A DNA stretch of 64,000 nt from a virus. Below, piece by piece: positions 58,001 through 64,000 of this stretch. Made by a program: the position numbers and the translations under genes. Where the stretch lies: the IMG/VR virus record IMGVR_UViG_3300032334_001019, positions 54,465 to 118,464 of that record; one strand, 5' to 3'. The notes beneath the pieces were generated by a model. The model was not told the origin of the DNA, did not search any database, and was given only the letters and a program-made list of their open reading frames with translations. The first letter of the stretch is position 1. Each line of letters begins with the position of its first letter.

Positions 58001-60364
58001 GCAGAAGATTTTGCAAAGGTTGCTGCCCTTAAAGGTAAAAATGCATTGTTTACATTTAAAGATGGCGCAGCAAAGACAAAAGATACTATTACTGGTTTAA
58101 CTCAAACTGGCAAGGCAGTTGATAAGGGATACAATGAGGCAAACCTTGGACAATATAATTTTGTAAATGAGCAAACAATTAAAGAAGTTCAAGATCAAGC
58201 AACTGCATACAATATGCTTATTGCAAATGGGTTAGATGCATCTCAGGCTTTGGCTGTTGTAGAAGATAAGGCACAAGCAGCAGCACTTGCATCTGGAGCA
58301 ATTAAAGCATCTGATCCAGAATGGAAAAAATATATAGCAAATATTACTAAGGCAAATGATGCACTTGAAAGACAAGCAGTTCTTAATGAAGCAATTAAGG
58401 CAAATGAAGATTTCAAAATTTATCAAGAAATGCCAAAACTTGTTTCTCAATTGAGTAGTCTTGGCTATAGTACAGATCAAATTGATGCAGTTCTTGGCAA
58501 CCCAAATCTTGCAAAATTCTTAGTTGAAGACTTACAAGATGGTCGTATTGATGCCCAGGCAATTGCAGATTATTTAAATAATATTGAAGCAAGAAAAATT
58601 ATTGATATTCAGGTTAAGTTAAATAAGGGAGATCTTGCAGGGGCAGCAGAGCAAGGTCGTGCACTTATGGAAGAGTACTTCTCTGTTATGGAGGCAGTAA
58701 TTAGAACTGGCCCAGAAGCAATGCAACTAAATGCAAACAATAGAATTATTGCTGACCTAGAATTACAGTTAATGCCATTCAAGCAACAGATTGAGTCAAT
58801 TAATAAATTAATTGCAGATGCACAGCGTGAGATAGAAATGTCTTATTCAAGACCAATTGAAAACTTGCAGGAACAAGTAAATGATTTAACTCGTGAACTT
58901 GAAATGAATCCTTTGTTTGGTGATCGTGCAATGAAAAAGATTCAAGATGAAAATACTATGCTTTCAAATGATCTTACAGTTATATCTCATGCAGCAGACG
59001 AAATAAATAAAAAGTACGATGCACAAGCAGAAGCCTTGGCAAAGGTACAGGAAATTAATTCAAACATTATTGAACAACAAAAAAATCAACTTGATCTAGC
59101 AGATGCTTTAACACAAGGAGATATTTCAGCAGCAGCCCGTGCTGCTCAAACTATGAGAGCAACTGGAGCACAGCAGTTTGCTGGTGGCGTAACAGATGCA
59201 CTTGCACAGGCTAGAGCCAATGCTTTAGGTGGATTAACTGGACCTCAAAGTGGTTTAACACAAGATCAGATTAATGAAAAACAATATCAAAATTCACAAA
59301 AACTTTATCAAATGGAAACTGATCCAAGAAGACTTCAGATTATTGCAGACATTCAACTTAAGCAAGATGAGATTTATCAACTTGAAGAAAAGCGTGAGGC
59401 TGCACTACTTAATATTCAAAAACTTGAAGATCAAATTTACAACATTCAGAAAAATTCTATTCAACCAATTCAAGATAGAATTGATCGATTAACATATGAA
59501 AATCAAATTCTTCAAGCAAACATTGATAGACAGATTGCAGGACTTACATTCTTAGGTAAAACAAGAGAAGAGTGGGCAGCAATTACTGCTAAGATGGATG
59601 CATCAGCACTGCTTACAAAGTTGATGAATTCAAGTGCATATTTAGGAGCATTACTTGCAGCAGCAGAAGAACTTAACAATACCTGGGCAGATATTCTTGC
59701 GAAGTTATTGGAATATGCAAATACCCTTGCTTCTATTACAGCAGCACAAGGACAATTTAATACTCCAAGCACATCTTATATTCCACCAGCAGATACTCCA
59801 GAATCTAAGCAGTATCTTGAAAATACAATTAATGCAGCAACTGCTTTAGATGCTGCACAAGCAGCATATGATCAGGCAGTTATAAATGCATCAGAAAATA
59901 AGGGTGGAGGACCTGATGCTCAATATGATCAAAGAGCAGTTGCTGCTGCTGCAGCAGCCCTTGCTAAAGCACAGGATGCATACGATGCAGTAACTGGCAT
60001 TGAAGAACTTCTTGCAAACTATGACGGAAACTCAACTGGAGGAGGAGCAGGATATCAATATGCTGCAAAGGGTGGACTAATTAAGCCAAAGTATTTTGCA
60101 GTAGGTGGAAATGTTCGTGGAACAGATTCAGTTCCAGCAATGCTAACTCCTGGAGAATTTGTCATGAGTAGGTATGCTGTTAACTCACACGGTGTTGATA
60201 GAATGAGGGCTATCAATAATGGCTCATCAGTTGGTGACTCAGTGTATAATTATAGTATTAGTGTTAATGTTAAATCAGATGCAGATGCAAATGAAATTGC
60301 AAGAGCAGTAATAACACAAATAAAGAGCGTTGAATCACAAAAACTCAGGGGGACTAGATTCTAA
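52022..60364 (+). CDS. tape measure protein (TP901-type core), 2780 aa
   Basis: AGPVVQQLGGSVEDL...GINASEGANALKSGL core, long Ala-rich helical sequence, DSVPAMLTPGEFV near the C-terminus. Confidence 0.9.
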   Translation: MSDVNANIGIVFDTKDALASLRQLQAGLSKFNQALTVGNVNAANAQKGLNAQLIQAINSTGKFVASQKNVVNSTTSFTEALEKNKLSMREYFRYTAAAATANTKTFSRMFAAERDIINRARKDRVKSLQTQYIQLTNAQGELVKVLQIVPKHLEMANGQYADYATRVQMAAQRQQLMNQLLKQGSTQLLNFGKNTQWAGRQLMVGLTIPLSMLGSFAAQTFRDMEKEVVNFKRVYGDMFTDNGATDKAVADIQRLGMEFTKYGVAVKDTMAMASKAAAMGLTGSDLQSQVSAATKLSVLGQVEQQQALETTISLQNAFGISADQLANKINFLNAVENQTVLSIEDLTTAIPKAGPVVQQLGGSVEDLAFFMTAMKEGGINASEGANALKSGLASLINPSKKASDFLAGLGINIKGIVESNAGNLKGTVVAFAQALDTLDPLNRARAIEQLFGKFQFARLSTLFQNVTKDSSQAARALGLAGASVEELAILSERELGKVEDAVGVKFQKTIEQLKVQLIPVGKAFLEALTPVVAFFGKILEKFNNFSDGTKKAIAIVIGVVGGLAPIALMTFGLLANGLANLIKFFAMLRGGMAKLNGQNSVLGAGFDYLTQQEIENLAQSNALHTSHQNLIETFNIEAGAANALATAYANASSQARTLAATSPGLFNSVPGAKGAVSKLPKFADGGVVPGSGNSDTVASMLTPGEVVLTKQTVKENPELVAALMNGNIKRYNGGTGQEGNGIPGARQSDNFATSGRYTDIGSAAQKYIQRQINNIMAENESATARVIEWARKSGKDVSNVTKESIDLWRQEMVTSLKSSVDNISDETVKSLAGLSDKAAKAKIKEGLKQTSVGKDSNLFEFVDPRGGQQKKQQEAHADVHPKMNAKQVLDQYDITDDQAVKELTMFAEEFPDQLFRPVTAHMYKLVGLVNRGMTGATKKSEAAFEKKNGMSLFDAWESDFSGKGSGKSSIDVAKDKWSPTFDAIGENIDTYGEEVDLYHKDIIAGAREWKKLHGETKAWNDEAFAEVEKIARSRRSAGFNSVIQKAEDRLTGLRTSFKDDVATDVEAVAGRRGVSGGIMNVLRGGRAKIANVEDRVKGLGSRKRRAKQDGAEIGRSTIDGIRSNAGTNANSPSIEAEKAGVEVSDGLAKGMKESKGKVKAAAAETGRAATDEVKRQVQSDTLQNGNVVDAYVPTFYPDGSIVADGDGNPLPPRQAKKLVTKYKRGLRREKVGRFSGKSAGALGTAAMVSGMAGAPTAVTGALGGASMVASMAPALAGMGAVGWTVTAIAAVGVGLKLLDKHFKDSAKKQAEYVKSVSATTEKMKKIGEVTGKVGASELMSKRRSGSLFNDYNDANRAGTQFGDQFLTSDIGKSITKSFVDNMSKSGSPEAAKTLALELAAYISDGILTAEQANSIAEQIGTNLGSHTITTNIEGNLRMLVGPNGEDILNNPIEARVRLVTQQGMEVDKAIKAMNKSISAGNSGRNEAAQVVAFGVQTVQLAQAQADAVAKYSDDLIRAKEAELAATTNKEKQITLQKELNDLTSKAASDTARMNSNTARTIDMQMKNFEKLQATGMYSGGLGQDPFNNSGAREAAAFDSVKAMAKDRYANTEYKTMAQTVLSRTAKISDNRQYGQQGFKTAKEAQKLEYKIDFLMASGLMNPAQATTLLDLFQGNLDQLATTLDVGVKTHGAAKVEELGMLLSVGNKKGKMQNIMLNVSKRTPADFDKFSKMLSTMTALDGHEINMQVVLDTLGQDELDKLANNLDKIEKINTPITKEVIAKFIQDNSDMPGMTQTNIDLLTSKWANWDKLPDSIKKEAISKFETIYASTYETHFKDDAARMKFAAEYANSKVNELPENSPSQVKEFTYRYNYETVAAGDPAKAAAAITADKVKTYLGEKPTLDTKNPKSGGTSGGTGTNPLSFLDELAMRLKQVRDNSFNALKPVQSLLAAFTSKKAQKNAAAMFDIFDGIQNRLLNMGVGKDFRDAIASMSAEDFAKVAALKGKNALFTFKDGAAKTKDTITGLTQTGKAVDKGYNEANLGQYNFVNEQTIKEVQDQATAYNMLIANGLDASQALAVVEDKAQAAALASGAIKASDPEWKKYIANITKANDALERQAVLNEAIKANEDFKIYQEMPKLVSQLSSLGYSTDQIDAVLGNPNLAKFLVEDLQDGRIDAQAIADYLNNIEARKIIDIQVKLNKGDLAGAAEQGRALMEEYFSVMEAVIRTGPEAMQLNANNRIIADLELQLMPFKQQIESINKLIADAQREIEMSYSRPIENLQEQVNDLTRELEMNPLFGDRAMKKIQDENTMLSNDLTVISHAADEINKKYDAQAEALAKVQEINSNIIEQQKNQLDLADALTQGDISAAARAAQTMRATGAQQFAGGVTDALAQARANALGGLTGPQSGLTQDQINEKQYQNSQKLYQMETDPRRLQIIADIQLKQDEIYQLEEKREAALLNIQKLEDQIYNIQKNSIQPIQDRIDRLTYENQILQANIDRQIAGLTFLGKTREEWAAITAKMDASALLTKLMNSSAYLGALLAAAEELNNTWADILAKLLEYANTLASITAAQGQFNTPSTSYIPPADTPESKQYLENTINAATALDAAQAAYDQAVINASENKGGGPDAQYDQRAVAAAAAALAKAQDAYDAVTGIEELLANYDGNSTGGGAGYQYAAKGGLIKPKYFAVGGNVRGTDSVPAMLTPGEFVMSRYAVNSHGVDRMRAINNGSSVGDSVYNYSISVNVKSDADANEIARAVITQIKSVESQKLRGTRF

Positions 60365-61029
60365 TGGCAACTAATACCTACATGTCTGGAAGAAAGAAAT
60401 ATTCAAGACCACAGGCTATGCTATGGGCAGACAACCCTGGTACTAAAATTAATGGTTTCTATGTTCCAGACGGTTATGAGGTAGGGGCTAATCCAGGCCT
60501 AGAGGTCGATACAAGCCTATTTAACGAGTTTTTAATACTGTCAGATGATAACAGGTCATCCATAGACTTTAAGCCAGTTAGAATCGAAAAACGGGAGAGA
60601 ATGATCAATGGTCGAATGAGGTCATATCACATAGCAGATAAGACACAAATAACAGTGTCTTGGAATATGCTTCCATCCAGAGCCTACGATTCATTTGCTG
60701 ACTTTAATGCTAACGGTGAGCCAGACCTATCAGTAACACCATCAAGAACAAACCCATATGAATTTACTACAGATGGCGGAGCAGGTGGAGTTGAACTTTT
60801 GAATTGGTACGAAAATCACAATGGTTCATTCTGGGTTTATCTTTCATATGACAAATATACAAATTTTGAAAATGATCCAGAAGTAGAAGGTGATGATAGA
60901 TTTAATAATGTCAATAAATATAACGAAATCATAGAAGTATTCTTTTCAGACTTTAACTATACTGTTGTTAAAAGAAGTGGTTTGAACTTTGATTTCTGGA
61001 ATGTATCAGTAACTCTGGAAGAGGCATAA
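60364..61029 (+). CDS. putative distal tail protein
   Basis: Directly after the tape measure; ends WNVSVTLEEA. Confidence 0.55.
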   Translation: MATNTYMSGRKKYSRPQAMLWADNPGTKINGFYVPDGYEVGANPGLEVDTSLFNEFLILSDDNRSSIDFKPVRIEKRERMINGRMRSYHIADKTQITVSWNMLPSRAYDSFADFNANGEPDLSVTPSRTNPYEFTTDGGAGGVELLNWYENHNGSFWVYLSYDKYTNFENDPEVEGDDRFNNVNKYNEIIEVFFSDFNYTVVKRSGLNFDFWNVSVTLEEA

Positions 61030-64000
61030 TGTTTCAGAATGATGATTTATTAAATCATATAGAAACTAGTTCTTCTATAAAAACACAGTCAGTGGTAATT
61101 GCTGAATGGAACATGAATATCCCATCAAACATGTTGCAAATTGGAAATTATAGATACAGACCAAACCAATCAGACTCAGTATATAGCGCCTTACCAAATA
61201 CCTTTGATTTAACAGACTCTGGAAATTCAACTGGTGCTGTAAAATATTATACTGATGCAACCGATTCAGATGTTGTTATTGATGGAGGTTTTGATGATAA
61301 TAATGAACCAACAACACTGACATCATATAAAGAAAAACTAAAGATGCTTTATTCTTTAGAAGATTGCTTTAAACCTTTTAGACCTAGATCTGGCATAAAT
61401 AAAGCAACATATCTTAATGGCAAGTATTTGCATAACCCAAATATCAACATGGCAAAAAGACCAAGATATTATATGTCTGATAAAAATGATGCTTTTAAAT
61501 ATTGGACATCGTTTAGAACAGAAAACGGTATAGAATACGGTATTTCAAATAAGATAGTCGGCAATAGATATCACATAGAAGATACAGTTCCATTTATTGT
61601 ATATAAAGAAAAAATGCCAGTAAATAGAATAGTCGTAAAGATGCAAACAAATGTTGGAGACCTTGACTACGGAACATTTTCTAACTCTGCAACAACATTT
61701 TTAGACCCATACTACGGAGAACAAAATAAAACAATTCCTTTAAAATGGAAGATTCAAGTTTTAAAAAATAATAACTGGGTAGATGCTATTTCATTTTCAG
61801 ACAGCGATAAGCGTAAAGATGGAACAGCAATAATAAAATCAGATGGTTATCTAGAGGTATCATATGGACTAATTGTTCCAGATCGATATCGCTCAATATT
61901 TTTGTTTTCTGGCGAACTAGCATCTGAGACACTATTGACTAAACTTCCCAATGAAGGAGAGGCATATTTAGTTTCTGCAAATGATTCAGAACTTGGTGCT
62001 TTTCATATTTGGTATAAGGGAAATTGGGAAACATTTACTCCAAATTATGGTTGGCAAGTTGCAGATCCAGAAACTGATAGACTTACAAACTTTGTAACAG
62101 ATTTAACAAGCCCCCCAAGTTATTTGGCAGAATATGACACTGTGGTTAGATATAAAGAATTTGAATATATTTCTGGAATCAGACTAGTTATAGATACCAT
62201 GAGCAAGTTTGACTGTGCATTTGATTTAATTGAGTTATCCCCAAGACTTGCAGTCGATCTATCTGAAAAGGTGTTAGAGTTTTCAGTCAATAAGAGTGCT
62301 TCAGATTTAGGAGTAAGTGGATTACCAGTTGGACAATTACTTGCATCTACTGGAAAATTAAGTCTTTTTGATTTTGATAATGCATTCAACTCTAATAATA
62401 CTGATAGCATAATCAGTAATTATGTTTCAAAAAATATTCAAATTAAAATGTATGAGTCGATTACTGGTCCAGATAATTACTCATATTTTATTCCTATCAA
62501 GACAATGTACTCAGATGGTTTTCCAAAACTAGATAATGCAGCAAAGCATGTTTCTTTAGATCTTAGAGATCTATATTTTTATTTTGAATCTCAAACAGCA
62601 CCACAGATACTTTCAACAAGCACATCTGTAAGTTCGGCAGTATCTCTACTTCTAGACTCTATTGGATTTTCTAACTATGTATTTAAGCGTGTTGATGGAG
62701 AAGCAGAAGTTATCATTCCGTACTTCTTTATTCCGCCAGATAAGAGCATTGCACAAGTTCTTCAAGATATTGCAATCTCAACTCAGACAGCAATGTTCTT
62801 TGATGAATTTAATAACTTTGTAATGATGAGTAAAAACTATATTATGCCATCTATTGCAGAAAGACAAACAGACATAACGCTATTTGGATCAATTGACTAT
62901 GAGGATTCAGGTGTAGTTAAGAATCAAAACACTAATTTGAAACTAGCAAATGTTATAGAACTAACATCACAAAATAACGATGTATATAATGATGGAAAAA
63001 TAACATACACTACAAGACATATTCAAAGATCAATTGGAAGCATTAAGCAGGCAAGCCTAGTTGATAATGAAAAAACTTGGATATACAAGCCAGTATTGTT
63101 ATGGGAAGTTTCTGGAACCGAAAACACAAAGTCGATAAATAGTGAGGTGGGCAATCAGTCAACATATATGCTTAGCGCCATCCCTCTAAACTCAACTCTC
63201 TCTGATGCCGTACCTACAGTATCAAATAATCAGATACTTAATAATGTTATGGATCTTGGTGAAGGAGTTTATTGGATAACTAGATACAATGGATACTTCT
63301 ATTCTAATAGTGAAATAATTAAGTATGATGCTGTTCAGTATAATGTTTCTGGAACTGGGGATGTTTGGATTAATGATGTTCAGGAATATGATAAGTATTT
63401 TTCAGCGCTACCATTTAATGGGAAGATATATCCAACAGGATTAGTTAGAATATATTCTGAGCCAGATTATGAAGAAGTAAATGGCATAGTTAAATTAAAA
63501 AATGGAACTGTAGCAAAACATGGTAGAGGGCAATTCGGCACACCAGTTACAACTCATCATGCAGGATTAAACCCATACTGGTCTAATAATAGCAATGTTC
63601 GTGGCTGCACTATGCAGTCTAAGTACTTGTTTAAAACTAACCAAACGCTTCCAGTTACATATATTGGCCCAGCAGGTGTTAACAATACTCTTGCACAAAA
63701 AACAACCAGAAATGGTGTTATCAAAAATTTCTTGTCATCAAAGTATATCTCTGAATCAAATCTAAATACAATGGTTGCAACACAGTCTGGAACAATTCAG
63801 TCATCTGCACTAGTTATGAATGGTCCAGGATTTACAACCACAGAGTCTCCAATAGATTTTATTTCATATGTCTATAAACCACTAACTGATAGTTATAAAC
63901 ATTTTGGAACTAGAATGAGAATTATTGGCAAGATTGAAAATGATGCTAATCGTGGACAAACACCAGTAGGTGCATCAACTTACTTTATAGTTCCAGGAAC
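61029..64000 (+). CDS. large tail-tip/baseplate protein (runs off the right edge; not in the ORF track)
   Basis: ATG overlaps the previous stop; MFQNDDLLNHIETSSSIKTQSVVIAEWNMN...; the frame appears open to the window end. Confidence 0.65.
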   Translation, partial: MFQNDDLLNHIETSSSIKTQSVVIAEWNMNIPSNMLQIGNYRYRPNQSDSVYSALPNTFDLTDSGNSTGAVKYYTDATDSDVVIDGGFDDNNEPTTLTSYKEKLKMLYSLEDCFKPFRPRSGINKATYLNGKYLHNPNINMAKRPRYYMSDKNDAFKYWTSFRTENGIEYGISNKIVGNRYHIEDTVPFIVYKEKMPVNRIVVKMQTNVGDLDYGTFSNSATTFLDPYYGEQNKTIPLKWKIQVLKNNNWVDAISFSDSDKRKDGTAIIKSDGYLEVSYGLIVPDRYRSIFLFSGELASETLLTKLPNEGEAYLVSANDSELGAFHIWYKGNWETFTPNYGWQVADPETDRLTNFVTDLTSPPSYLAEYDTVVRYKEFEYISGIRLVIDTMSKFDCAFDLIELSPRLAVDLSEKVLEFSVNKSASDLGVSGLPVGQLLASTGKLSLFDFDNAFNSNNTDSIISNYVSKNIQIKMYESITGPDNYSYFIPIKTMYSDGFPKLDNAAKHVSLDLRDLYFYFESQTAPQILSTSTSVSSAVSLLLDSIGFSNYVFKRVDGEAEVIIPYFFIPPDKSIAQVLQDIAISTQTAMFFDEFNNFVMMSKNYIMPSIAERQTDITLFGSIDYEDSGVVKNQNTNLKLANVIELTSQNNDVYNDGKITYTTRHIQRSIGSIKQASLVDNEKTWIYKPVLLWEVSGTENTKSINSEVGNQSTYMLSAIPLNSTLSDAVPTVSNNQILNNVMDLGEGVYWITRYNGYFYSNSEIIKYDAVQYNVSGTGDVWINDVQEYDKYFSALPFNGKIYPTGLVRIYSEPDYEEVNGIVKLKNGTVAKHGRGQFGTPVTTHHAGLNPYWSNNSNVRGCTMQSKYLFKTNQTLPVTYIGPAGVNNTLAQKTTRNGVIKNFLSSKYISESNLNTMVATQSGTIQSSALVMNGPGFTTTESPIDFISYVYKPLTDSYKHFGTRMRIIGKIENDANRGQTPVGASTYFIVPG

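Noticed and set aside
1-64000. Stop-codon reassignment, tRNA genes, integrase or terminase
   Set aside because: Long genes read through under the standard code and all three stops are used; no cloverleaf, recombinase or terminase motifs were recognised by eye (tRNAscan and HMM searches not run).
1-64000. Apparent scarcity of CCGG and CGCG (restriction-site avoidance)
   Set aside because: Impression only; I could not count exhaustively, and low GC content may explain it. Needs a k-mer analysis.

Overview
AT-rich segment of a large long-tailed (siphovirus-type) dsDNA phage. An actinobacterial host, possibly a low-GC freshwater lineage, is inferred from pervasive leaderless genes, WhiA-type GACAC boxes and CRP boxes. 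1-5 kb: minus-strand accessory enzymes (DUF6065-like protein, three paralogous sulfotransferase-fold proteins, a luciferase-like monooxygenase). 5-15.5 kb: early-type region of small ORFs (including DUF932 and an HNH). Its intergenic DNA is highly patterned: five copies of a covarying pseudoknot just after stop codons, seven promoters with TGTCAG exactly 10 nt before the -10, seven perfect CRP palindromes, GACAC boxes, DnaA boxes and one SACGTS hexamer at each of seven module junctions. 17.8-35.6 kb: fibre/decoration genes. Two otherwise different proteins here end in the same Phe-Ser-Pro-Phe repeat tail, and each is followed directly by candidate modifying enzymes (a GT60-like GlcNAc transferase; a pair of 2OG-Fe(II) oxygenases). 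35.8-38.9 kb: class II ribonucleotide reductase and two more 2OG oxygenases. 38.9-64 kb: portal, protease/scaffold, major capsid, neck, tail tube, a duplicated chaperone pair, a 2780-aa tape measure and tail-tip genes. No terminase, tRNA, CRISPR array, integrase or reverse transcriptase was recognised. All family assignments come from motif recognition by eye, not from database searches.
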